A stretch of 64,000 nucleotides of DNA. Source: an uncultured Candidatus Saccharibacteria bacterium (lineage in GTDB: Bacteria; Patescibacteriota; Minisyncoccia; Phycocordibacterales; PALSA-1337). The stretch spans positions 1,512 through 65,511 of the forward strand of contig CAYPPJ010000005.1 of assembly GCA_964412585.1 (NCBI GenBank), in the 5' to 3' direction. A program made the translations under genes and the position numbers. The stretch's first letter is position 1. Every line of letters starts with the position of its first letter. Positions 37,906-48,563 of this stretch are shown piece after piece. The notes under the pieces were generated by a model. It was not told where the DNA came from and ran no database searches. It worked only from the letters and a program-made list of their open reading frames with translations.

Positions 37906-38640
37906 ATGGATACCATACAGCGAACACTCATCGAAGCGGGCTTTACTGACAAAGAAGCCGTCGTATACCTTACCCTCTTGAGTTGTGGAAGCGCCTCGGC
38001 ATATACTGTCGCTGAAAAATCAGGACTCAAACCTTCCACCAGTTATCTAACTCTTTACAACCTCACTCGCAAAGGCCTTGTATCTACTATTCCACGCGCC
38101 AAGAAAAAACTCTTTATTGCAAAAGATCCCCGTGAAGTCATCTCCTATCTTGAAGAACGAACTGCTCGTGCTAAGCGTGCTTTGCCGGAGATGCTTTCAC
38201 TTATTCCTGCTCATGTACCAAAACTCAAGATTCAGTACTTTCAAGGCATGAAGGGTGTTCAGGAGGCTCTCAACTATGGCATCACGCACAAAATACCTAC
38301 GACAGAAATCGTCGGCTTCTATGCCAGTGGCAGTCGTGTGGAACGTCAATATATGGATATGTCAGTCCAATTTATGCGCAGTCTCAAAAAGCGCGGTGTC
38401 CGTGTGCGTGGTATTACGCCAGATGATGCAACCATCCGCGAGATCAAGAAGCTCAACGATACGCTCGGTCATGAGCTACGCACGATTCCCCTTTCAGAAT
38501 ATTCAGCGCAGGCTTCGATAGAGGCTGAAGACAAGCTCGTGCGCATCATTCTCAACAATGACCAGCGTGCACTCATCATCGAAGATGCTGAGCTTGCCAG
38601 CATGGTCAAACAGATTTTTGAGATGGTGTGGAAGAAATAA
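37906..38640 (+). CDS. TrmB-family transcriptional regulator 1
   Basis: GFTDKEAVVYLTLL..G..SA wHTH, KGLV, FQGMKGV. Confidence 0.85.
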   Translation: MDTIQRTLIEAGFTDKEAVVYLTLLSCGSASAYTVAEKSGLKPSTSYLTLYNLTRKGLVSTIPRAKKKLFIAKDPREVISYLEERTARAKRALPEMLSLIPAHVPKLKIQYFQGMKGVQEALNYGITHKIPTTEIVGFYASGSRVERQYMDMSVQFMRSLKKRGVRVRGITPDDATIREIKKLNDTLGHELRTIPLSEYSAQASIEAEDKLVRIILNNDQRALIIEDAELASMVKQIFEMVWKK

Positions 38641-39792
38641 TTATTCTACTTTGACAAACTTCCCTGCGCGAACAGTTTGCATCTCGAATGCGTTCTCCGG
38701 CGTAGCAACGAAACCCATGGCATCAAACGACAGGTCATCGTATGCTACACCCTTCAATCCTTTCATATCAGCCAACGTCTTTTGCAACGCCTCACCGCCC
38801 TGCCCATTTGTTTTTTTGAGTCCCCAGGCAATCACTTGAACTGCATCATATGCCGTAGCGGCGGAAGGAAACTTTGGATACTCACCAAATCGCACCTTAA
38901 ATTTCTCCGCAAATGCTTTGTATCTTTCAGTTTGAACTGGAGTACTAAAGTATCTATTCTCCATTAATTTGGCGCATTGAGATAATGACGTCGGATCACC
39001 AGATGATTCAGTCCCTAAGGTAATACCTTTGTAGCCAAGTTGTGCCACCTGCTTCAAAAACGTGCATTGATTGTAATCGCTTGAAACAATGAAAATGGCT
39101 TCTGGTTTTTTCTGCATTGTGCGAGCTAGATTTGTCTTGAAATCAAGCTCCAACGGATTGCCCATGTCAATCTCGTCGATAACGGTCACTCCATAATTGG
39201 AGGCTTCTTTTTTGAATATACTTGCGGTGTATTCCCAGAATCCAGCAGCAACGGGTTTGATTATAGAAACTCTCTTTATACCACGTTTTTGAGCGAATCG
39301 AAGTAATTCACGAATACCAACTCGATTGTCATACCACGTTGAGAAAAAGTACGGATTATCATGATCTTTCTCGAGCATCGGACTACTATCCGCACCAACT
39401 GTCGGAACTTTTGCCGCCTCAATTATTGGCAATATGGGAAAAGCAGGCTCATCCCATTGTGGGCCGACGATGGCAGTTACCTTGTCTACAGATATCAGTT
39501 TTTGCGCAACAGCTACTACAACCTTAAGTTTATCTAGAGAGACGTCTTCACTGATCAATTCAAGTGGTTGTCCATTAATCCCACCTGACTCATTTATTTC
39601 GGTAACAGCCAAAGCTGCGCCACGTCGTTCCTCTTCGCCGATCGCTACACCAACACCAGTTAGCGCAGAAATTCCTCCAATTTTTATTGGTTGATTTTTA
39701 TTAGGAGATTGCGGTGCTCTTTGGCTCACAGCAACTCCGATAACAATAAGTGCGACAACAGCAATAAGTATTTTTGTAGTATTCGTTTTCAT
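38641..39792 (-). CDS. LivK-like substrate-binding protein 8
   Basis: IKIGGISALTG, EINESGGING, DFKT, YDA. Confidence 0.9.
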   Translation of the reverse strand: MKTNTTKILIAVVALIVIGVAVSQRAPQSPNKNQPIKIGGISALTGVGVAIGEEERRGAALAVTEINESGGINGQPLELISEDVSLDKLKVVVAVAQKLISVDKVTAIVGPQWDEPAFPILPIIEAAKVPTVGADSSPMLEKDHDNPYFFSTWYDNRVGIRELLRFAQKRGIKRVSIIKPVAAGFWEYTASIFKKEASNYGVTVIDEIDMGNPLELDFKTNLARTMQKKPEAIFIVSSDYNQCTFLKQVAQLGYKGITLGTESSGDPTSLSQCAKLMENRYFSTPVQTERYKAFAEKFKVRFGEYPKFPSAATAYDAVQVIAWGLKKTNGQGGEALQKTLADMKGLKGVAYDDLSFDAMGFVATPENAFEMQTVRAGKFVKVE

Positions 39793-39917
39793 TGGATTAG
39801 TGCGTATTTACGATAAAAACCTTGGTTCGCCCAAGGTTTGACAGCAGTATATAAAATGGTAATATGTATGCAAACTCTCCTGTTTGGGAGAGTAAATATC
39901 ATAAAATTATTACGTTG

Positions 39918-40673
39918 ATGAACACCTCCATCCTAAAAAATTACGGCCTCAATAGGAATGACATCGCCGTCTATGACGCACTCCTTCGACTTGGACGATC
40001 AAAAACTGGACCTATTATCCACGGGACCGATATTGTCAGTTCCCGCGTGTATGAATCACTCCGCATCCTCGTTTCGCGCGGACTTGTCTCTTACCAGGTC
40101 AAAAACAATATCAAATACTATCAAGCCGAGTCCCCCGACCAGCTCATCGATGAAGCCGGCAAGAATATTGGTGAACTAAAAACTCTGGCAAAAGATATCG
40201 ACTCCTTTTCTATTCCCCTTCCCTCACGTAACGACGCCAATATATTCGAAGGTAGACATGGATTTAAGATGGCTTTCACACAGCACATAGAACACATAAA
40301 AAGGGGTGAGAAAGTTTCTATCATCGGCTTTTCGCACCGCGCATATCTAAAAGGCGCCGGTAGTCGTGAACTTCGATCATTTTTTACCAACAGCGACACT
40401 CTCATGATGCCCAAGAAAGCTCATGCTCGACTCCTTACTGAACGTGAACTTATGCCCATACTCACCAAGGAACGCATTGATTCGTCCATTTACAACATTA
40501 AATATTTGCCATCTGGATATTTTGGACCCTGCGCGGTCAATATCTCTGAAACAGAAGTCCTGCTTTCTGTATGGGGCGAGAGTCCAATTGTATTTAGTAT
40601 CAAAAACCCAACTGTCGTAAAGACATTTCAGAAAAACTTTGACTTTTTGTGGGGACTGGCGAAGAAGAAATAA
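39918..40673 (+). CDS. TrmB-family transcriptional regulator 2
   Basis: GLNRNDIAVYDALL, RVYESLRILVSRGLV, FEG, FDFLW. Confidence 0.82.
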   Translation: MNTSILKNYGLNRNDIAVYDALLRLGRSKTGPIIHGTDIVSSRVYESLRILVSRGLVSYQVKNNIKYYQAESPDQLIDEAGKNIGELKTLAKDIDSFSIPLPSRNDANIFEGRHGFKMAFTQHIEHIKRGEKVSIIGFSHRAYLKGAGSRELRSFFTNSDTLMMPKKAHARLLTERELMPILTKERIDSSIYNIKYLPSGYFGPCAVNISETEVLLSVWGESPIVFSIKNPTVVKTFQKNFDFLWGLAKKK

Positions 40674-40750
40674 AAGGGTCAACTGCCCATCCGGGTATGA
40701 AAAAAGGAGTCACGCTCTCACTGCGTGACTCCTTCAAACCAACATCTCGA

Positions 40751-41533
40751 TTAGAACTTGAGACTGATGCCCCCCGAAACGACGGCATCTGTTTCCCGAC
40801 TATCGCGCACCGTGAGTGGTACGTAATAGCTGATCCTCGGAAGGATCAGGGAAATGTGCGAAGTGACCTTCCAGTCGGCTTCGACACATCCTTTGAGCAG
40901 AAACCCGTTATCAAATCCGAATCCGCCATCGTCGTAAGTACACGACAATGAGCAGAACAGACTGAGTGGGGTTTTTGGTACCGGGCGAAAGGTGCTCGCA
41001 CCCACCGAATAAAGGTTTCCCCCTTCGAAAGTGCTGCCCGGCGCCACCGTGTAGTTCTCGAACAAAGCGAACACGTTCACCTTGTCGATACTCTTGGTGA
41101 GTTTGACATGGCTGTACCACACATCGCCAGGACCGAAGGAGAAAACCCCCGGTTCGTCGAAGTAGGTTATGCCCAAGTCAACCACCAAGTCGCCGGCCTG
41201 ACCCTTGAGACCAAACTTGCTCAGCGGACCAGACCATCCGAGGCCGTAGTCCATTTCGCTCGCGAAGTTTTCATTCCACGGGCTGTGACCGACGGGGGCC
41301 GAGTGCCAGAGTAAGGCATAGGCACCGTTGTTCAACGTCATAACCAGGTCCGACTGAACGACCGGCTTTCCGTAGAACAGGGCTCCGTTACCAAAACCAA
41401 GGTATTTATCCGCAACGACGCTACTCGCCGTCACCGACGATATACCCCAGGGTGCGTTTGTTTCGCCCGCAGCACAAGCTACGTGCGTCGCGACAAAAAG
41501 CGCGACACTGATACTGACAATGATCTTTTTCAT
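40751..41533 (-). CDS. Putative outer-membrane beta-barrel/porin-like protein
   Basis: Signal peptide, alternating hydrophobic strands, EMDYGLGW, C-terminal GGISLKF beta-signal. Confidence 0.65.
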   Translation of the reverse strand: MKKIIVSISVALFVATHVACAAGETNAPWGISSVTASSVVADKYLGFGNGALFYGKPVVQSDLVMTLNNGAYALLWHSAPVGHSPWNENFASEMDYGLGWSGPLSKFGLKGQAGDLVVDLGITYFDEPGVFSFGPGDVWYSHVKLTKSIDKVNVFALFENYTVAPGSTFEGGNLYSVGASTFRPVPKTPLSLFCSLSCTYDDGGFGFDNGFLLKGCVEADWKVTSHISLILPRISYYVPLTVRDSRETDAVVSGGISLKF

Positions 41534-41706
41534 AATTTCTTTCCGATTACAGCATTTCAGAGTTGTTTACCAACGATATGACGGAATTATAGCAAACTTT
41601 ACACTATTTGTCAATATTTTATATTGACTATATGCCGTTTTTTTGATACAGTTTTGCGGAATTTGAACCCGCTTTTATCGTTAAGGCGGTACCCTGAAAA
41701 CAGCAT

Positions 41707-42465
41707 ATGAACAAGCCACCTACGGCAACAACCGGCGAGCCTCAATACCGTGTTCGACTTGCCCACAACCTGTCCGAAATTCGTGCGGCAATGGCACTCC
41801 GGTATCGAGTCTTCTACGAAGAAATGGGTGAGGGTTCAGAGAATCCCCTCGGTCTCGACCAAGACCCTTTTGATATGGCTTGCCAGCATATCAACGTGTA
41901 TGACCAGCACGATCAAGTCATCGGTACCTACCGTATGCAAACGGGAAAAATGGCAGCACAGAATCTTGGCTATTACTTTGCCAATGAATTCGAAATGGAA
42001 CCCTTCGAACCAATTCGGGGAGAAATCCTCGAACTTGGACGGGCATGCATTGCACGCGAACACCGCAAACCCGGCGTGCTTTCCTATCTATGGAGCGGTA
42101 TCGCAGATTATGCGGGACTACATGGGGTTCGGTACCTTATCGGGTGCAGCTCGATTCACACGGTTGAACCCGCTGACGGTAATGCGGTATGGGAGCATCT
42201 TGAACGTAAAGGCTTCCTTGTGGACTCCCGTTTTGCCACGGCACCCCTGGCTCACGGCTCATGTGGTAATGTGCCACCAAGCCCGAAACTTCCCGAAATT
42301 CCCAAGCTCTTCGGTCTCTACCTGACCATTGGAGCAAAGGTCTGCAGTCGGCCGTTCATTGATAGCAGTTTCAAAACCATTGATTTTTTGACTCTGCTCG
42401 ACCTTAAGGAGGTCCCACCCCGCGTCGCTCAACGATACTTGAAGCGTGTCAAAATCGGCACATGA
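41707..42465 (+). CDS. GNAT N-acyltransferase, OlsB/ornithine-lipid (putative hemolysin) family
   Basis: LRYRVFYEE, DPFD..C.H, GTYR, LELGRACI, LW.GI..Y, LIGCSS, IP.LF..YL..GA.VC..P.ID..F.TID. Confidence 0.85.
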   Translation: MNKPPTATTGEPQYRVRLAHNLSEIRAAMALRYRVFYEEMGEGSENPLGLDQDPFDMACQHINVYDQHDQVIGTYRMQTGKMAAQNLGYYFANEFEMEPFEPIRGEILELGRACIAREHRKPGVLSYLWSGIADYAGLHGVRYLIGCSSIHTVEPADGNAVWEHLERKGFLVDSRFATAPLAHGSCGNVPPSPKLPEIPKLFGLYLTIGAKVCSRPFIDSSFKTIDFLTLLDLKEVPPRVAQRYLKRVKIGT

Positions 42466-42526
42466 CATAGCGTGACAAAGCAAACACCCAGTTGGAAGTT
42501 CCAGCTGGGCGTTTTTATTTTACATT

Positions 42527-43393
42527 TTACAACCTATATTCCCCCACCAATCCCTGCGGTCTATACAACATGAGTAGTATCAAAATAACTCCATACACCA
42601 CCTGTCTCATTTGCGCCGCAATATCTGATGGAAAACCGACAAAACGGAGGATCTCTGGCAACAGGATCAGACAGACGGCGCCAAGCACCGCACCTTTGTT
42701 GTTCGCCAATCCGCCAAGAATAACGATGGCCAGCAAGAAGATAGATTCATTCAAGGTGAATGTCGATGGATCGATGAAGGTAATGTAACTCGCGAACAAT
42801 GCACCGGCCACCGAAGCTAGCACCGCGCCGATAACAAAGATGGCAAGTTTGTACCAGAGTGTGTGGTAACCAAAGACACGGATTGCTTCTTCATCTTCAC
42901 GGATGGCTTTGAGAACACGACCAAATGACGAGCGAGTCACAAAGACACAAACACCATAGACCAGAAGTCCGAGTACAATAGCAAGAATCAGAAATGATAA
43001 GTTGTCGGAAAAAGTAAAGCCAAACAATGATGGACGTGGGATGCCCGGAATGCCGAGAGGGCCGCGAGTCAGACTTTGCCAATTCAAGAAGACACTGTAA
43101 ATAATGACATTGAAGCCGAATGAGCCGAGCGCGTAATAGTCGTCTTTGAATTTGGACAACACAAACCCAATCGCCAGTGACAACACAGCGGTGATGATCA
43201 TACCGATAATCAGGGCCACAAAGAAATTCATCCCTGTGGTCGTCAACAAGATGGCCGTGACGTATGCACCGATACCATAGAATGCCGCCTGCGTGATCGA
43301 AAGCAGTCCTGCATAGCCGACTATGAGGTTAAGCGACAACCCGAGGATGCCGTAGATGCAGATGAGTATGGCGAGGTGGATGAGGTATTCCAT
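42527..43393 (-). CDS. livM: Branched-chain amino acid ABC permease LivM
   Basis: SLNLIVGYAGLLS, AFYGIGAY, FGRVLKAIREDE, RPQGL. Confidence 0.93.
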   Translation of the reverse strand: MEYLIHLAILICIYGILGLSLNLIVGYAGLLSITQAAFYGIGAYVTAILLTTTGMNFFVALIIGMIITAVLSLAIGFVLSKFKDDYYALGSFGFNVIIYSVFLNWQSLTRGPLGIPGIPRPSLFGFTFSDNLSFLILAIVLGLLVYGVCVFVTRSSFGRVLKAIREDEEAIRVFGYHTLWYKLAIFVIGAVLASVAGALFASYITFIDPSTFTLNESIFLLAIVILGGLANNKGAVLGAVCLILLPEILRFVGFPSDIAAQMRQVVYGVILILLMLYRPQGLVGEYRL

Positions 43394-43394
43394 G

Positions 43395-44468
43395 TTAATT
43401 CCAAATTTCTATTGTTGTCGGTAATACAATATCTCCATTGGGCTGTATTTTTACTTTCTCATATTTACCTTCGAAAGTCCCCAAGTTCTTGATGTACTGT
43501 ATCAACGTCTGAGGATCACGGGATCCAGTCTTTTTAACAGCGTCGACAAGTAATTCCAAATCTGTGTACGCCACATAGCCGAGCGGTGAGACGTCATTGC
43601 CGTATTTAGCTTTATAATCAGTGCTGAATTGCGGATTTAATACATATTTCTGATACTTCAATCCTTGTGCACTATCACCAGCAATCTTCTGCGCATCTGG
43701 CGTAAGACCAAACCCAACGCCAGCATACATCGCTCCAGTATAGCCAAGTTCTTTTGTTTGTTTTATAACAACACCGGCCGCGGATCCAAATACCCCATAT
43801 ACAAACGCGTCAGGATTTTGTGACTTCAATTTTGTAATCTGTGATTTAAAATCTGCCGACTTGTTATCAATTGCCTCAGAAGAAACAATGACGCCCTGTT
43901 GAGTGAGAATATCAGTAAGAAGCTTATTGAACACAACCCCCCATTCATCCTGCTGATATACAATAGCAACTTTCTTCCTTCCATCTTTCATCAACGAATC
44001 CGAAATAACATCTGCCCCTCCCGACGCGGTACTACTGTGGCGTAATATAAATTCTGTATTATTGGTCAAATCCGGATGAGTGGCATTGGCCCACAGTATC
44101 GCGTTCTTCCTCTCTTCAACCAAAGGTTTAAGAGCCATACTATCTGAAGATATTATGGTAAACACGACAATATCTTTTTTGACATCTGTAAGCAGATTGA
44201 ATGCAGCAATCGCCTTCTTTTGATCAGTTCCCGAATCTTCTATGTCGAGCTGAATAGGAAAACCGCCCGCATTCAGTTCGTCAGCCTTGAATTGATACCC
44301 ATTCCTAACTATCTCGCCAACACCTGCACCAGGACCTGACAATGCCAATACGGCACCAACTTTCAGCGGTACGCTTGTCGATACAATACTTTGTTTGGAG
44401 CTTGAAAGCGCCCACACAATAACTGCGAGTGCTGCCAGGATTATGATTATCCAAATAATTTTCTTCAT
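43395..44468 (-). CDS. LivK-like substrate-binding protein 9
   Basis: LSGPGA..G, IEDS, DFKSQITK. Confidence 0.88.
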   Translation of the reverse strand: MKKIIWIIIILAALAVIVWALSSSKQSIVSTSVPLKVGAVLALSGPGAGVGEIVRNGYQFKADELNAGGFPIQLDIEDSGTDQKKAIAAFNLLTDVKKDIVVFTIISSDSMALKPLVEERKNAILWANATHPDLTNNTEFILRHSSTASGGADVISDSLMKDGRKKVAIVYQQDEWGVVFNKLLTDILTQQGVIVSSEAIDNKSADFKSQITKLKSQNPDAFVYGVFGSAAGVVIKQTKELGYTGAMYAGVGFGLTPDAQKIAGDSAQGLKYQKYVLNPQFSTDYKAKYGNDVSPLGYVAYTDLELLVDAVKKTGSRDPQTLIQYIKNLGTFEGKYEKVKIQPNGDIVLPTTIEIWN

Positions 44469-44474
44469 AATGAT

Positions 44475-45341
44475 TTATTTCTTCAAAATTCCCTGCGGTC
44501 TCCACAACAGGAAAATAATAAGTACAGCAAACGCAATGGCGTCTTTCCATTCTCCTGAAATCTTCCAGATACCAAAGTTCTCGACGAAACCGAGGAAGAA
44601 TGCACCCAGTACGCCACCATATATATTACCAATACCGCCGATAATAGAAGCGATCACACCTTTGAGCAACAAGGACATACCCATGGTCGGCTCGATGCCA
44701 GTGTCGAAACCTATCAGGATACCCGCAAGACCCGCGATCGAAGAACCGATGAAGAAAATCCACCCAATAACTTTCGGCGTATTGATACCCACAATCTTTG
44801 AAACTTCTTCATCGTCACTCACCGCTTTGACGGCTTTGCCGAAGATGGTGAACTTGAGAACGAGAGCCATGATGGCCATGATCACAATACCGCAGATGAG
44901 GATGATGAGCTGTACTTCGGTGATGACACCGCCAAAAATATCGTAGACCTTCCCCGCTCCCGCACTCTGCGACAGTGTCTGAAACTGGCTAGTGAAAAGA
45001 ATGGCGATGATTGCCTGGATTGCCGTAAAGGCGCCGAGCGAACCAACAAGGAGCACCATACCAGATGATTTGCGAGCACGGAGCGGAGAGTAAATAAATT
45101 TGTAGAGCAAGAATCCGAGGATGCCGGCAATCAAGAAGCCAAGGATGATGGAAAGATAGAGGTTGAGGCCGAGGGTCTTGTAGAAATAGTAGACCGAGTA
45201 TCCACCAACCGCCGTGAGCGCGCCATAGCCGAGGTCAAAGAATTTGACGGTTCCGTAGATGAGATTAAAACCGAGGGCAACCATGGTATAGATTGCTCCG
45301 GCAATGATACTGTTCACAATCAGTTGAGGAATGATGTCCAT
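44475..45341 (-). CDS. livH: Branched-chain amino acid ABC permease LivH
   Basis: QLIVNS...ALGFNLIYG, GKAVKAVSDD, IGGIG, RPQGI. Confidence 0.93.
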   Translation of the reverse strand: MDIIPQLIVNSIIAGAIYTMVALGFNLIYGTVKFFDLGYGALTAVGGYSVYYFYKTLGLNLYLSIILGFLIAGILGFLLYKFIYSPLRARKSSGMVLLVGSLGAFTAIQAIIAILFTSQFQTLSQSAGAGKVYDIFGGVITEVQLIILICGIVIMAIMALVLKFTIFGKAVKAVSDDEEVSKIVGINTPKVIGWIFFIGSSIAGLAGILIGFDTGIEPTMGMSLLLKGVIASIIGGIGNIYGGVLGAFFLGFVENFGIWKISGEWKDAIAFAVLIIFLLWRPQGILKK

Positions 45342-45375
45342 GAATGGTTGTGGTTGTAGCGCTATAAATATATAC

Positions 45376-45405
45376 CAAAACCCGCTCTGTGGCGAGCGGG
45401 TTTTG
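45376..45405. terminator. Bidirectional intrinsic terminator between SBP 10 and livH
   Basis: CAAAACCCGCTC/GAGCGGGTTTTG. Confidence 0.7.
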
Positions 45406-45419
45406 TTGATTACGTTTCA

Positions 45420-46535
45420 TTACTGACTGATAGTCACCGGCTTTCCATCCTTTATCATACGAAGCACAGCCTTGGTGATAACCACATGGTCAGGACCAAT
45501 TTCGATATTGTCACCGAGAGCTCCGTCGTAGTCTTTGATTTCCGCAATTGCGTGAGCAAGTTGTGTTGTGGTCGGCTTGACTGTGCCATCAAATGTTTCG
45601 GCTGCTTGCACAACCATCTTGGTAATGTCGTAGGCGTTTGGTGTACCGATAGATACTGGCTTTCCATATTCAGCGAAGTAATGATCAGAAAATGCTTTGG
45701 TTGGGTCAGCGGCGTTCACATACCAGAGTCCTTCGAAAATCGCAGGAGTGTCCGAAAGTTCAAATGACTCAATCGCGGTGATCGGTGTCTTTACGCCAAG
45801 CTCTTTGATCTGCGCATTCAAGACTTCGAGTTCCGGCGAAAACATACAGATAACAAAGTAATCTGAACCTGATGCTTTCGCTTTGGCGATTGCAGTTCTA
45901 AAATCCTTAGTTCCAAAATTTGAGATGTCCTCAGAAACAACGGTAATGCCTGTTCCCGGAAGCTGTTTCCTCAACTCATCGAACACGGCAGTAATGCCAG
46001 AAATAGTCTGACCGAACAGTGAGATCTTCTTGATACCACGCTTCTTGGCTTCGGCAAGAAATACCTTTATCTCTTCTTTTGGTGGGGTCCAGTTGGTAAA
46101 GTTGAATTCACCCTTAGCGATAGCTGGGTCAGAAGCCGTGCTGATATGAACAATCTTCATTTTCTCGGCAATCGGATTGGCAACACCGCCAGCTGCCGAG
46201 GCAACCGTAGAAACTACGTCTACTTTATCAATATTGATCAGCTTGTTGAGTGCCGTCGCGGTCTTTGCGGGAGTAAAGGCATCATCTTCAAACAATACTT
46301 CATAGTTGTACTTCGTATCTGTTGCCTTAATATCCTTCAACGCCAACTCGGCAGATCGCTTCATGCCTTCACCAAGATATGATGCTCCACCTGACAACGG
46401 TAGAACGAAACCAATCTTAATAGTCTCCTTGGCAGCTGGCTGTACGGGAGCCTTTGTTGAGGCCAGTGAGATAATCACGAGGACGATGATCACAATCGCC
46501 ACGATGCTTCCAATAATTTTTGATGTTTTACTCAT
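45420..46535 (-). CDS. LivK-like substrate-binding protein 10
   Basis: IKIGFVLPLSG, EDDA, DFRTAIAK, YD. Confidence 0.9.
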   Translation of the reverse strand: MSKTSKIIGSIVAIVIIVLVIISLASTKAPVQPAAKETIKIGFVLPLSGGASYLGEGMKRSAELALKDIKATDTKYNYEVLFEDDAFTPAKTATALNKLINIDKVDVVSTVASAAGGVANPIAEKMKIVHISTASDPAIAKGEFNFTNWTPPKEEIKVFLAEAKKRGIKKISLFGQTISGITAVFDELRKQLPGTGITVVSEDISNFGTKDFRTAIAKAKASGSDYFVICMFSPELEVLNAQIKELGVKTPITAIESFELSDTPAIFEGLWYVNAADPTKAFSDHYFAEYGKPVSIGTPNAYDITKMVVQAAETFDGTVKPTTTQLAHAIAEIKDYDGALGDNIEIGPDHVVITKAVLRMIKDGKPVTISQ

Positions 46536-46706
46536 AAAAGTGTGTATTAATAGTACGCCATGAGTATAGCAGATATGTCTATACTGTTACTTGGATGTGT
46601 GAATATATTTACTTGCATATGGCTCAGCAAGGCCAAATCCACCTATATAATGATATTTTGTTCGTAAGAAGTGACAAAAATATGATTATGTGTTACTATA
46701 CTAAGC

Positions 46707-47498
46707 ATGAAAAATGACAACCTTATCCGCCACCTTCAAAAAACAGGTTTGAGCGAAAAAGCTTCTATTGTCTACACAACGCTTCTCGAAATGGGCGGCG
46801 CCTACCCTTCTGCCCTCGCTCACGAGACCAAACTCAACCGCAGTACTATTTATAAAATCCTTATTGATCTCACTGTCAAAGGATTGGTAACTGAAATTGA
46901 GAAAGGCAAGAAACTATTTTACCAGGTAGAAAAGCCAGAGAAACTTTTGCGCTTTGCAAAAATGCAAAACGATATCGCTGGTGAAGCCTACGAAAAAACA
47001 AAAGCTCTCATGCCCGATCTTGAGGGACTGTTCAAGATGACTCCGAACAAGCCGAAAATTCGTTACTTCCAGGATATGGACGGAGTGAATTCTATTTTTG
47101 AAGATCACGTGAGTGGTCAATGGAAAAAGTATGAAATGCTTGGCTTTGCCAACACTACCGAACTCGAACAAATCGCTGGACTCGACTATCTGCGAAAATA
47201 TGCAAAGAAAAAAGAGGCGCTGGGCATTACCACGCGCGGTATTGTGCCTGATTCGACTACAGACAAGACGTATACAGAACGTGTTTACAAGGGCATCAAG
47301 AAAAACATTTGGTTGAAACTCCGCTACATTCCCAAAGACCAATTCCCTTTCAATGGAGAAATCACTATCTATGGAACCGACCGTGTCTCGATCTTTAACT
47401 TTGATGAAAAGCATCTGGTGGGAATCATTATTGAAGATAAGGCCATCCACGATATGATGGTGCGCATCTTTGAGTTGGCGTGGAAAGGAGCGAAATAA
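46707..47498 (+). CDS. TrmB-family transcriptional regulator 3
   Basis: GLSEKASIVYTTLLEMG, LNRSTIY, KGLV, EITIYG, FELAW. Confidence 0.87.
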   Translation: MKNDNLIRHLQKTGLSEKASIVYTTLLEMGGAYPSALAHETKLNRSTIYKILIDLTVKGLVTEIEKGKKLFYQVEKPEKLLRFAKMQNDIAGEAYEKTKALMPDLEGLFKMTPNKPKIRYFQDMDGVNSIFEDHVSGQWKKYEMLGFANTTELEQIAGLDYLRKYAKKKEALGITTRGIVPDSTTDKTYTERVYKGIKKNIWLKLRYIPKDQFPFNGEITIYGTDRVSIFNFDEKHLVGIIIEDKAIHDMMVRIFELAWKGAK

Positions 47499-47552
47499 AA
47501 TAAACACGCGCAAATACTGGCAATAAAAATGCCGCCCGGGTGCCGGACGGCA

Positions 47553-48443
47553 TTACAATTTTGATTTTTGTTGCGCATCACGAGCAAGCCAGACCAATAC
47601 GACTGAAATACCGATGATGGCCATGATCATACCGATGAGCTGAATGGCCGAGATGGCTTTTCCCTCAAACAAGCAACCACCAAGGATCACGGCCGGCGTC
47701 ACGCCTTGAGCCAGAATGGAAGAACGTTCCGGTGGCAGAAGTTTGAAGAGGTGCACACTGGCCCCAAAGTAGCAGACGCCACCAACGAGACCGAACCATA
47801 CAAGTCCCATCAAACCTACAACGAGTCCATGACTGCCCCAGGAAATTGCTCCCTGATAACAGCTCATAATTCCTGCAATAACAAAGAGACAACCGCAGGA
47901 CCAGAATGCATTACATGCAGCCGTGGCCGTCTTTCCTGAACGATGCCACAAATCATTGATGACGCCGCCAGTGATAGCTGCGGTGAGCGCCCAAATGAGC
48001 CCATATACGTTGATGGATTGTTTCCAAAACTGCATGCCGATAGCGATGCCACTGATCACCAGTACAAGTCCGATGATTACATCTTTCGACGGTCTGCGGC
48101 CTTCGTACCAAGCAATGCCAACGTTTACGAGTGGAGAAACTGTAAGCACCACCATAACGGGATAAAAATCCCAGATACGAAGTGCGTGGTAAAAGCTCAG
48201 ACTTGAAAGTGCCAGTACCGGACAGGCAATGAGCGTATGCTTGTTGAAGCCCCAGATACGACCTCGAGCCGCGACATACGCCGCAATCATCACCATGAGA
48301 CTTCTCCATGTCAGTAACTGCTCAGGCGAGAATCCTGTCAGAACCTTCACCAACGGAACACTCAATGCGGAAGCAAGCCAGGTCACTACAGCTGCCAAAA
48401 TGCCCAATCGTTCAGATCGGGCCTCGTTTGAACGTTCGTTCAT
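47553..48443 (-). CDS. DMT/EamA-family transporter
   Basis: About 10 TM helices in two repeats. Confidence 0.8.
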   Translation of the reverse strand: MNERSNEARSERLGILAAVVTWLASALSVPLVKVLTGFSPEQLLTWRSLMVMIAAYVAARGRIWGFNKHTLIACPVLALSSLSFYHALRIWDFYPVMVVLTVSPLVNVGIAWYEGRRPSKDVIIGLVLVISGIAIGMQFWKQSINVYGLIWALTAAITGGVINDLWHRSGKTATAACNAFWSCGCLFVIAGIMSCYQGAISWGSHGLVVGLMGLVWFGLVGGVCYFGASVHLFKLLPPERSSILAQGVTPAVILGGCLFEGKAISAIQLIGMIMAIIGISVVLVWLARDAQQKSKL

Positions 48444-48563
48444 ACCAACCCTTTCGTTGTGATTGTTGTTTCAAGGGATGCGCCACACAAGCGCGTCCGT
48501 GGTTGACACTACTACAAAAGTGGGTTTTTGTAAACTAGGATGTGACTGTCTGGAATGTTGTGT

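Noticed and set aside
42491-42502. GTTGGAAGTTCC shared with tRNA-like RNA 2
   Set aside because: Part of an ordinary terminator hairpin; a chance-level 12-mer.
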